Origin: Octopus bimaculoides
Taxonomy: Eukaryota
DNA: 64,000 nt
Direction: 5' to 3'
NCBI RefSeq assembly: GCF_001194135.2
Contig: NC_068982.1
Coordinates: 106,754,945-106,818,944 of the forward strand
Both the position numbers and the translations under genes were made by a program. The notes below the pieces were generated by a model that was given only the letters and a program-made list of their open reading frames with translations, was not told the origin of the DNA and ran no database searches. This document shows, one piece after another, positions 45,301 through 58,600 of the stretch (position 1 is the first letter of the stretch; each line of letters begins with the position of its first letter).

Positions 45301-47831
45301 AAAAAATAATCAACAGAAGTCTAGTTGAGAAGGAAAAGTATATTTAATAGTATATTTAACTGTTTAGATGTTGATGATTTGGCCAGGCTTACTGGACATT
45401 CAACCTGTTTTTGGAGAGTTCTTTTTGGTTCTGGAGACAAATACATAAACACACAAGTGCAGAAATATACACATACAGATAAAGAGAATGAGAAAAAAGA
45501 GAGCGGGAGAGAGACATTACATATAAACATCTAGATGCTCACATACATAAACACAGAGAGACAAAGAGAGAGAAATTAGCTTGATTGAACACAACTAACA
45601 AAAATACTTTCTCTCTCCTCACATACATAAAGGAAAATATAAAGACATCTGATGTCAAACAAGTCAGCATTGAATCAGCGATGCCAAAACGTCTCCTACC
45701 CATTTAATAGGGAGGAAGGGGTTAGTATTTGTAGACTTTTTCAAAGTAAACTTCTCCATCAAATAAGACAACCTTATTGGTTAAAGTGAAAATGCTTTTA
45801 TTCTTAATAAAGTAAAAGAAAATTACAGACAGACAAAAAGACAGGAAATAACTTGATAACTTGCCATTTGGTATACTCTCCCTGCAGTCAAAACAATACG
45901 ATTTCCTTGCAGTGCCAACTGAAAAACAATTTTTTTATGTAGACTGCCGTTTGACTATTAAATACATGTAATAAAGATTATATCATGCTTAATACAATAT
46001 GTAAGGGTAGTAAATCTGGCTGAATTTGCTAAGTATATACTCTATAAGAAATATTTCTCTTAAATTAGATATTAGTTGATCCTATCATTAAGTAGTATTC
46101 ACTAAATAGAATAATGAAAACAAACTCACAACTAAAATCAGTTACTTGGTTTTATTAAAGAGAAGTAGGCATTATATATTTCACCATCACCACTTACTTT
46201 TGCACATGCAGAAGTGTGATGCTAACATAATGAATTATAATGGTTTATACAGCGATGACAAGTTGCTACTTTAATTAGTGAAAATACACTTGGAATGGAA
46301 ATTAGTGATAAGATAAGTGATAAGTAGAATGGAGATTAGTAATAAGATATTCTTCATGTTAGTCACATACAAATACTAGGAATTGGCAAGGTAAAATATA
46401 TCTTACTCATGCTAGCAAAGATAATATAATGTTGGCATTAGGAAGGGCATGTGGTTGTGGCAACGACACCAAAACTGACAGTAAAGCTTGGTACAGTCTT
46501 CTGGTTTATCAGCTCCTGCCAAACTGACCGACCCATGCCAGAATGAAAAACAGACATTAAATGAGGTCCAACCAAAGCCGGCATGGAAAACAGATGTTAA
46601 ATGATGACAATGATGATGATGATGAAAACAGCAGAAAAAGAAAAAACATGCTACTTTTGAGCAACAACAGTAGATGAAGATTTAGAAGCATAATTAGAGG
46701 CAAGTGTATAGCAAAAATACTGTTGATACTTATTCAAATAAGTAAGAATGTATTTAAGGGCCACAAAGTGTAGCTGCAGTTAAAAAAAGGAGAAATATTT
46801 ATTAGCTGTGTATTGAATATTAGTTTTTGTTATCTTTAGGTCTGATTGTTAAAGTAAGTACTTGTCCAAGCGTAACTTCTAGCTTTCTATATTCCATCAA
46901 ACAACTCATCAGTGAAGACATAACTATGTGATCACTAGTCGAGTACTTTAACTTTACAGTCACTATGGTCTAGAAAGTCCTGTGGCTCACAGGACTTTCT
47001 GAATACCTTGAATTTTTTTTAGTAGTGTGGCCTACCTGATGATGATCCTTGTCTCATATGATCTGCTTCTCAAAACTGGTTGCCCATACCTGGTCCAGAT
47101 GTTTGTTTCTTTTTTACCTGCATAGCAGCAACATCTCTTTTGTTAAGAGGGTAGGTAGGTAAGTTTAGTAATGAGATAGTGTCTGGTTTTAGGGTATTCA
47201 ATAGAATCAAGTACGAAAGATATTCGATTGTAGACTAATCCTTGTAGCAAGAATGAAGTGTCAATTAATTAATGAATCCAGAGGATGTCAGAATGCATAC
47301 CATACAAGTGTATTTCATAGAAAATTTTGTTCCAATAACAATAAATACCAACAACTAAAAGAATTTATGTGTTTTTTCAAACATACTTAGAGGTAATGTT
47401 TAAAAGTGCTGGTAGATAACTTAAGTATCATGTATGAAGACTATATCTATAGGCTTCTTATTTGTGTGCAATTTTATCATATCTATTTGTTTTAGTCATT
47501 GGATTGCAGCCATGCTGGGCCACCGTTTTGAAGGTTTTTTAAGCCTGGTACTTATTTTATTGATCTCTTTTGCTGAACTAAAAGGTTCCAGGGTTATAAA
47601 CAAACCAACACTAGTTCTAAAGCAGTAGAAGGGGACACAAACACAACACACATACATTTATATATAAATGATATATATGTATATATATATATTTCGTATG
47701 TGTATTTCGTGTGCAAGATTCTTGATGTGGATACGTGTGTTGAAAGAAATACAATTAAACCTTGGGAGAGGCATTATGGACTGAACCAGTGCGTGTGTTT
47801 ATTACCGGCATAATGCCTCTCCCAAGGTTTA

Positions 47832-47873
<42 letters not shown>

Positions 47874-50800
47874 TATATACACACACACACACAGACATAC
47901 ATACACACATATATACATGTACATACATACACATATACAAAGGTTTCATTTAGTTTCTATCTACCATATCCATCCAGAAGGCTTTGGTTGGCCCAAGGCT
48001 ATAGTAGAAGACACTTGCCCAAGTTGCCCCAAAGGGGACTGAAACTGGAACCATGTGGTTGGGAAGCAACTTTCTTATCACATAGCCATGCCAAAGTACC
48101 CAAGAAGAATCCTGAAGTTACAACACATAGCCTCAAAATTATCCTAGTTGCTGACTATAGTGCCTCCAAGCTTTTTAATTAGATCACATTTTTAATGTCA
48201 AATAGCACTGAGGACATGCTGGAGCACCACACTGTTGGGTTTTCAATTACATCAACCCCAGTACTTATTTTAGCAATTATTTTCTGTCATACTGATTAGT
48301 TATGGGACATCATTTTTTTTTCAGTGTTAACACAAAGACAGGTATAAAAACAAATAGATACAAAGATATTCACACAAATATTTGTATACATCCACCCATC
48401 ATCATCGTTTTAATGTCTACTTCCTCATACTTGCATGTGAGAGTTTGTGGTGGCAGAGTTTTCTCTGGCCAGGATGTTCTTCCTGACACCAAGCTCATCT
48501 GTTTCCAAGTGAGTGATGTAATAATCTCCTAGTCTATTGAACAACAAACAACCAAGACATATTTATGCAAAGAACTAGAAGCAAATGACACCACATCAAC
48601 GAGCCTTTTGTTTATAAAGATCATGTAACATGTCACGAAGCTCAGACATGCTTTAGTGACAGACTGCAAGCATATGATATTGTCAGCAAGGCTATTGTTT
48701 ACAAGCAGTAAACACATATAAAGATAAGGGAAATATGAATTAAGTCACATGCAAGCAAGCATGTACACACACATCTTATCATTGTCATCATCATTTAGTG
48801 TCTGCTTTCCATGCTGACATGGGTTAGATGGTTTGACTGCACCAGGTTCACACACATTATATATTTATACATGCAAAGGACTCCTTTCAGTTTCCTCCTA
48901 TCAAATCCACTCACAAGGCTTTGGTTGGCCTACCTGTTCAATTTCTGTCTACTAATTCTATTTGAAAGCATTGGTTGGCTCAAGGCTATAGTAGAAGATA
49001 CTTGCCTAGGATGCCAAACAGTGAGATCAAGACCATGAGATTGGAAAATGAATTTCTTAGCCAACTAGTTTATGACTAGCTATCAAATAGTATTTAACTG
49101 GACATTAAAAATAAAGAAGATAAATTGATTCTTTAAAAAATTATCGACACTGTTTACATCAACTATTACATGTTACCTGCAGAATCTAGCTACAACATTG
49201 TGAAACATTGTAATTATCATAAAACTAATATTAATAAAGAAATTAACATAATTAAAACATTAGTTTGTAATAAGTGTCTAAAACACTGGATACCTGAGGT
49301 TTTAGTCAGTTATAAATAGTTAGTTCTAGAGGAAGGTGCATTATTTTTGGCCTGACTAGTTTGAAAATAAGCATGAGATTATAGTCAAGAGATTGGATTA
49401 GAAAATAAATTTGTAAGACATCTACGCTAAATAAATTATGCAGAAGCAATTATGCAGAAGCAATTTAAAAGAGAAAACAGATACCAAATGGTAAGGATGA
49501 AAAATAAAGTACATCCATGTTAAACTACTTACAGCAATAGCATCTTTATGATCTTGGTTGTTTCTCATAATAAAAGTATCAACACCAACACTGCGGAGGT
49601 TCCATCCCAAACCTTGAAGCATTGTATCAACAATAACTCGCAAGTCATGAGGGGAAATTGGAGAATTATTGCATTGATTCAAAGACTTATCACTGTCTAG
49701 GGAGCACACCAAGTCATTTTTATCTATATCACAGTTGACTGATTTCTCTTCCTGGAGAATAAGTTAAAAAAGTATCTACTGGAAAGTTGTTTAAAAATTA
49801 AATATGAACAAAATTATTAGGTATTAAATATTTATCTTTAAAAAACAATTTTGATACAGTGTTATTCATATTATTTATTTACTTCTCAATGTAAACATCT
49901 TTCATTGAATCACCAAGTTCCTGTTCATTTGTCTTATATTTAGTCCCAGCTCAGCTCTGATCAAGTTGCCCTGATAGAAAGCATTCCAGCTATGTCCACC
50001 TCTCTTATTTTTAGGCACAATGTATATAGGACTACATTATCCAATGTATCCATCTTTTTTTTTTTAAAGTGTAATTCGAGGGATCTGGCTACCATTTTTA
50101 GCAGGTTGAGTGACCATATTTTATGGTTCCTCAACTGATATGCTTCAGTTTTGTACTGAGGTGTATGTCTGGATTCCTTTTTATGTATTGCTTCAGGCAT
50201 TTGTGAATGAATGCATGTTATGTATTAAGATCTTTTTTTATTTTTTAATGTTATTCTGCTATTTTCAAACCAGGCAGCAGTTTAATAAGTTGCACTGTGT
50301 TAATACCATATAGTTGGATTCAAAAATCTCCAAATTATCTTTACTCATGAGTCTCTCTCACATAAATGGTTTGAAGAACTTTTCATAGACTTACAATATT
50401 TCAAAAGAGGAAAAATTTTGTTTTCAATTTTTACAACTCCACATTTTAGCAGTTAGATCTCCAGTCACCAAGTGTCTTATTCTTAGATGTGTATATTGTA
50501 TTAGAATGGATCCAATACAAACTGGGAACCTTTATTTCTAAACTAAGAATAATAATGATCTTATACAATAAGCTTCTGATGCAAGTAGATAATAATTACG
50601 GTTAGTTCAAAACTAAAGGTACCTAGTGTGAATCCTATCTAGTACTATGTACACATCCAAGAATAAAACATCCTGATGATAATCAGTGATGAAACCAATT
50701 AAAACCTTAAGACGAGGTTAACTGTTCAACAAATATAATTTTATTAACAACAGCTCTTCTCAGACATTTAGAGAACTTTCCAGTAACTTGTGTTATCCAG

Positions 50801-53800
50801 CAATCTGCCAGTATTTTCCCTGAACTTTCCAGGCAGTCTGACAGTAGCAAATTCTAAGCCAGTCTTCATGTTTCATATCCTAGGGATTTTAATTTGCAGG
50901 ATTCTGTAGTTGAACAGTTTCTTCATGTTTTTGTTTGAGATCTTTCTTCAGTTTACATGTTACTCATAATGGTATATGTGTGCTTTTGACATTTTCACAT
51001 ATAAATAATTAGTTTCCATTAGGATGAGTGAACATGTTCCACAGAGTGACGAGTAGATTGCTCTTGGTTACTATCCTTTCTTTGCAGATTTCATTTTGCA
51101 GAGATATTATAGCCATATGTTGCTAGCAACAAAGTCTACCAAAACACAGCTAGTACTGTGCAGTGAGCTAAATGCAAAAATATAAAAAAAATAAACAACA
51201 GAGAAACAATATTAAGCTATCAACAAAATTGCAACACCAACTTTTCGCAACTTCAAAACATCAAATTCACAATAGCAATACAGAAAACACTTTAAAAACA
51301 TTAGCTATATTTAACAGATCCATTGTGATTCTGCTCTTGTAGTATTTTGAAACTGCTGTTACTATGAAGAGTGGTTATGCTAGCTAGCCAACTCACACAT
51401 GAATGCAATAATGCCTTGGACATATTATGGAATATGAAAGATGAAAGTAAAATGTTTAAAAAGCACTGATTATCAGAAGCGACTAAAATGATACTCTTTT
51501 ACAAAATAACAAGACCCTCTCAGTTTCTACCTGTAAACAAGTATTTGTCCACAGGTAGTGTACATGCAATTAGACACAAAAAGAATGAATAAAAATACAA
51601 CAATAATACAATTATAAAAAGTTCAGCTTAATAATATGACAGTAAAATTGTCAAAATAATACTCAACAGAAGCATAAAAAATTAAAAGACTGACAAAGTT
51701 TTTAAAATGGTACTTGATCTGGTGATTATAGATATAGCTAAGCCTAACTTAATTATTTCTTTTAACGGTATTTTTAATCAATGTAGATGCAAATATTACA
51801 AGTTTTCTTTTTTAACCTGTCGTTCTTTTAGCAAGGTATTGATTCTTGTCGACAGTATCCACAGATTTTTATCCAATCTCTACCTAGTTCTATTCCAAAT
51901 GCTCTTAATGCTTTTTTTCAGTCTGATAATACATTTTTAGAGTTCAGCTTTGCTATCTTTCCACAGAGTTAATATCATTAGCAAAATGGGAAAATTTGGC
52001 ATGGTCTGATTTATAATGGAGTTTCATGAGTTTGGATAAGTTTCATATTCCATGAGGAGAAAAGGAATCTGATATTCTGGGACTGACACTTCATCTGAGA
52101 AAAAAGAAATTTTCCATTTGAAAAGACAAAGAATCAAACCTGAAATGTCAGTTACCCCTTCTTTTCCAGTATACAAACATACTTTTACTCATGAACTTCA
52201 CTGTATAATTTTTACAAACACAAACCACCAATAGTTTCCTTGGATATTGTAATTTATGAGACAATCATAATGTTTTGCAAATTGACTTTAAGCAAAACAG
52301 GAAAAAATAACTTTTTTAATGCATGCTTATTATTATATTTTTTCAAAAAATCTATTACATAACTATTCAGGAGAATTGTATTATTTATATCTTCTTAGAA
52401 TTATTCAATTGCATCATAGATGGTTCTTGATAAACTTTACAACACAGCCATTTTTCAGTCATAAGGTAGATGGATGGCTTGATAATGAAACATTTGGAAA
52501 TGTACATAACTGAGAGATAATATAATTTGACTTTTAGTAAATAAATGTGTGTTGTTAATTGTTAGATTATACAGTTTGAAGTAAAAATTCAGCATATTTC
52601 ATAAAATATTTTGACTAATAGATCTTTTTTGTTTCATCTAGCTAGCAAACATATTTTCTCAGTAGTATAGTGGGGGCCTTGCTTATCCAACCTCCCCATT
52701 TTAATATAACTGGTTGCCACTATTCCAACTATTCTGACAACATATGGCAATGAGGGAGCTTCTATGTGGTTATCTGTGAAGTCCTAACCAGAATGTCTTG
52801 AGATGTATAATGTCAGTTACTGTGAAATTAACCCATTTAGAAGAGCAGTAACTGAATTAAAAAAATCTGCACGAAGATGTGGACTGTGAAAGCTGCAGCA
52901 AATGCAACCTGTATAAGGGCAGTAAATCTGAATAACAACACACTGTACAGGGTATCCTTGAGTTCTGACAGACAACCTCTCTAGAGCTAGTGGCACAATA
53001 AAATGCACCCAGTCCATGCTGTAATGGCAATAGGGAAAGGGCATTCAGCCAAACAAAACCATGCCAAAATCATGACAGTCACAAATACAAAGAAAAACCT
53101 TAATTGTGTACATAGGACTGACACTCACCATGTTAGTGCTGCCCATAGAAGTGGGGTGGTTAGGTGGAAACATCCGGCCACGACTGAGAGCCCCTTGACT
53201 ATCAAACAATCACACCAACTCGCCTCGTTTCAGATGAAGAAAACGGACATCAAACATCCCACCCCAGCACTGGAAACTTTCTTCTTCCTGTCAGGTGTAA
53301 AACTTTGGTGCTGTCACCATCCACATTGGCATGATGAAAGGTAGGTCTGGTAAAATTGTAGAGATGTTAAAGTAGAGGCAAGTGGATATGTACTGCATAC
53401 AAGAGGTAAGATGGAGGGTAGCTTCAGCCAGATTCCTCATCGTTAACGAACACAGGTACAAATTCTTCTGGATGAGTAACAGCATTGGGCTGAGCAGAGT
53501 AGGCATACTGTTGGCAGAGAAACGAACAGATAAAGTAATTGAAATAGTCAGAATATGTGGCAGAACAATCAAGGGCAGACTAGTCATAGGCAACACGACA
53601 GCAAAGGATCTCTGCATATGCACTCAAATGAAGCCTGAGAGATGAGGTCAACTTGCAGACTATTTTGACAACAAATGATAGCGACCTCATTATCATAGTT
53701 GGTGACTTAAATGGACATGTTGGCTACTCTAATAGTATACATGGGGACTATGGATATAGTGCACAGAATGAAGAAGGAAATCAAATTACTTTGATTTCTG

Positions 53801-55551
53801 TGATGCAAACGACCTAATCATTTGCAATACTAACTTCAGGAAATCTGCCTGCCACCTGATCATCAATTAATCAAGTGAACATGCAAGCCAGTTAGACTTC
53901 ATACTCACCAGGAAATGGATAGACAGCTGGCTGTGAATACTAAGTCTTTCCCCAGTGAAGAATATACCACTCAATATAGATTAATGATTAGTGACATCAG
54001 TGTAAGTGCTAGATGGATTCAGCAATACAGTCAATCTGGAAAAGGAAGGTATGGAAGCTGAAAGAACCCATAACCAAATGTTCAAAGAAGTACTAGTTGA
54101 AGTATATCATAAGAAGGAGGGAACAAGAGACTTAGAGCATAAGGGTCAACTGGGAGTTTCTATGTGACAATCTGCTGCAAGACTACATACAAGAAGTGTG
54201 GGTGAAACAAGGTCTAACCAAGATAGAGGGCAAAACAGTACATTAGATAGAACTATAATAGCTAAAATAAGTCTTATAAAGATTGGAAGGAAGCAGCAAT
54301 GAACAATATCAGGTAGTATGAAGAGACACTAGATTTCAGGTATAAGTTTGAGGTTTATAGATTGTGAATCAAGATGTTATTGGGAAAAGGTGTGTATGGA
54401 ATGAGAGTGGTGCACATGCCCTCATTCATGCCAAGAAGAATAAAACATGGAAAGGCTACTACAATAGATTGCTGATTAAGGAAAATGCAAAGAAGAAATA
54501 GGGTCCATTGCAAGTAGAAAATACAGAGGGAGCAAGTTTTGAAGAAGAGAGCTATAGAGTTACAAGTGCCATTAAGGATATGAAAGCAGAGAAAGTAACT
54601 TGAACTCATTAAAATGCCAAAAATATCTAGCAAAGCAGTATATGCACTTGTCACTCATAATCAATCAGGTAGTACAAAAGAGTTAAATTTCCAATGATTG
54701 ATATGGTAGTAATATCATCAACTATTATAAAGACATGCAGTCTGGGTTTGTACCTGATGTCCTAAACTGAGCTGAGAGCAAGCCACTATATCTAACATTC
54801 ACTACTGACCTGGAGATGGCCTCTGACAAGCAAATACCCTTTGTTGTCTAGCAGTCATTAAGAAAATAGATGTAGATGGATGACTTGTGAGAGTAATGCA
54901 AGTTATGCGATCAGCAAGGTGAGAACAGCATTGAGTTCAATAATTTAACATGCTAGTAGGTGTCTAGTAAAGCTTAATCTTCAGTTTCCCCTCCCATGCA
55001 AACTGTTTATTGTTGTACTCCAGCTATTAACACAGGGATTTAAAACCAAATCCTTAGGAAGTCTTGTATACTGATGATCTAGTTCTTAAATCTTGAAGAT
55101 TTAAAGAAAAAAATTCTAAATGTCGAAGCAAAATATAGAGTTGGAAGACCTCAGCAGAAACTTAGTGAGGACTAAAATTTTAGTCAGGACTTAACTTAAC
55201 ACTTGGAGGTAGTTGTGCCCAATAAGCGGAAAAGAAGTAAGAGCTCTGTACTAAGTGCTACATGTAAATTATTGGTGCAAAAAGGGTGTAGTGAGAACAA
55301 AGTCAGGCTTAAGGCTGATCAATATGCTACTGCTCCTGGCTGTTAATCTTTACTCTCCCTCCAATATTATGTTTCCTAACATGTTATACAATCTATCATA
55401 AATTTTAAATTAATTATTTCTGTCATCCTATAAGTTTAAACTTAAACATTTCAACTATAACATATCAATATATTTACTATGGTTTACTTATTTTAAAACT
55501 AGAACTTAAATAATTGATTGACTTTTTCACCATCATACCATTAAGGATATA

Positions 55552-55601
<50 letters not shown>

Positions 55602-58600
55602 GTAAACATAGACAAACACTTAACACACATTCACAAGTAAATACAGTACAGAAACATTCAACACATATTTGCTAGCAAAAATAGTAGACATAATTTAACA
55701 ATGTATTTTAGTTACCTCTTTAGTATCATCACAGTCACAAGGTATTGTGGTTGGATCATCACTCAAGGTAAGTGAGTTAACCGGGTCAGATGATTCTTCA
55801 CCATTGTTTAGATTAATTTTATGGAGCTGCAACAACACATAGGCATCTAATGCTGCAATGATGAACCATTCAAACAGTTCAACAATGAAAAATGGAAGTG
55901 AATAACAAAAACAAATGTCTAATATTTTCAATCCCTCAGATATTATCAATGTAATATATACAATCAATAGTGAATTTTAATTTAAGAAAACCCAACTAAC
56001 AGCTGATCAATATTTGCAGTGAAGTCTAAGATGACCAAAGTCAGTATATCTCAGTGTAATCAACAGCAATTCTCAAACATTATCATCATTTTAACATCCA
56101 TTTTTCCATGCCTGCATGGGTTGGATAAAGTTTCTATGACCAGATGCCCTTCCTGTCACCAACCTTTACTTGTTTTCAAGCAGATATGTTTTTGCAGGAT
56201 ACTGGAAATGAATGCTGCTACTTGTATAATGGTGATGCTCATTTACATCATCAGGCTTTGCCAAGATAAGTACACACATGCACACACAATAAGCTTCTAT
56301 CAGTTTTCTGTCTACCAAATCCACTCAGAAAGTTTCGTTAGCCCAGGACTATAGTAGAAAACACTTGCCTGAAGTTCCACACTGGGACTGAACCCAGAAC
56401 CATGTGGTTGGATGGGAAGCAAACTTCTTAACCATACACTATGCCTGTATCTATATATAATGTTACATAATAATAAACAATTGCTTGATTATTGCTGTTC
56501 TGAGTTCAAGTTCCCATATAGACATAAATAATGGTAAAAATATTTACATGGTGGCCTTGTTTCATTTCTATTATCAACACACCAGAAAGTACTCAAATTT
56601 GTTGACTTCAATCTTCTCATCATAAAGATGTGACCAATATGAATATTGATTAATGTAGATTTGAAGACATGCACTTACAGTACAATTTCAGTACATTCAG
56701 AATCAATTCATGTTAGGTTTTCTAAAAGGATTTCTAAAGAATGTTAAAGTCATCAAAATTAAGCTTACTATATGTGTGCGAGTGTGTGTACAAATATATA
56801 CACACACATATATATACACATACATATATCAACATCCATGATTTCATGGGTCAGACTAGATTTCCTGAGGCACACTTTCTACATCTGGATGACCTTCCTG
56901 CCACTAACCCTCACTTGTTTACAAACAAGCTAATACTTTCTCATAGCCAGACATGTTTTCACAAGAGATGGGAAATAAAAGAACACTGTTTGTATGATAA
57001 TGACACTTGTTTACAACTCTTGTGAGATATCAAGTCAAGGAGATACAAACACACACATACAAACCTCTCTATGCACATGCACACACACACACATAGGTTT
57101 ATATATACAACTGACTTCTCTCAGTTTCATCCATGAAATCTACCTACAAGACATTAATTAGCCCAAAGCTGTAGTAGAAGATGCTCAAAGTGGCATGTAG
57201 TGGGATTGATACACACACATATAAAGCTAGATAAATAGATAGAGAGAGTGAGACAGACAGACAGAGACAGAGAATATAGATATTCTTTAATGGATTTTAT
57301 TTTTATAACTTTAAATCTATATTATGATTCCACACTAGAATCTGAAAAGATGTTAATCTGAGTAGATTATGTGTATTCAAAGATGCACCAAATCTCAAAT
57401 TTACAAAAAAGAGGAAATGACGAAATAAGATGCTAAACAGATTAATATCTGCCAAATCAGATTGGAGCCTGGTGTAGCCATCTGGTTCACCAGTCCTCAG
57501 TCAAATCGTCCAACCCATGCTAGCATGGAAAGCGGACGTTAAACGATGATGAACACTATGCCACATCTTTAATGATAGAGTTTCTAAATATGTGTTGCTA
57601 TTTTTTGTTTAACCATATTGAACAAAAGCGTTATTAACTTCACCACTTTACCTTTTATTCAAACATAATGTATATAGGATTGTCAATGCATCTGCTTTTA
57701 AGATAGAATGACATTTCATTGTGCTTTCTAGCAGATCACATGACTGAAGCATAGACCTTCATTGCCTGCATATGTGTGTGTGCGTGCATGCGTACATTGT
57801 TATTATTACTACCAATATCTTCAAGAAGTTATTTAAGACTATTTGTTTCAACAAGTTATTATTACATACCTGCATAGATAACTTGACATTTTCGAAGAGG
57901 TCGCCTTTCCCAACAAGAAATTTGATATGCTTTATTTAGAGGTCGACTAAAATGCTGTTCTACTAGTCCGCTAAGGCCTTTATGTTTAACATTTGAGGAC
58001 TTCACAATTTGAATGGAATTTGATGGAAATAAAAATGAAAAATGAAAAAAAAAAAACAATTTTTAAACAAACAATTTTATGCAAAAGATTATTCTAAGAG
58101 AATTGAAGTTGTGATGTTTAAGTATTACCTATTCACAAAAACATTAAATATAAAATTGAAGTGAAGTAATAATTAATATACAAAGTAATTGCTCACAAGT
58201 GTTTTATATTAGTCAATTTAACCAGTAGAGTAACTGATTAAATGTATGGCATTATGTAGGTATATCTCTTTATGCCCTGAGTGCAAATTCCACCAGATTT
58301 AAGTTTAACTTTCATTTTTCTGAGAATTATAAAATGCACACCTCTCAAGTACTGAGGTCATTTAAATCAACAATATTACTCCCTTAAAATGCCTATTTTA
58401 GAAAACAATTACTTATAACACTGTGCATCATGATTTTTGTCCTTGAATAGCAACTGTTATTTCCTATTTGCTTACCCCTTGAAAGTATGAAAATGGCTAA
58501 TATTTCCTTCAAACTTTGCTTTTGTTATGATATTTATTCAAACCCTAAAGAATCCCTCTCAACACATGGCTATAATATTCTCCCAATACTTCTGTTCATG

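Noticed and set aside
49880-50110. Apparent extra EXD3 exon upstream of exon e
   Set aside because: No open in-phase frame, and the segment matches repeat family D in reverse.
50668-50700. CTGATGA...GAAA hammerhead-like spacing
   Set aside because: There is no closing pair for stem II and no stem I partner.
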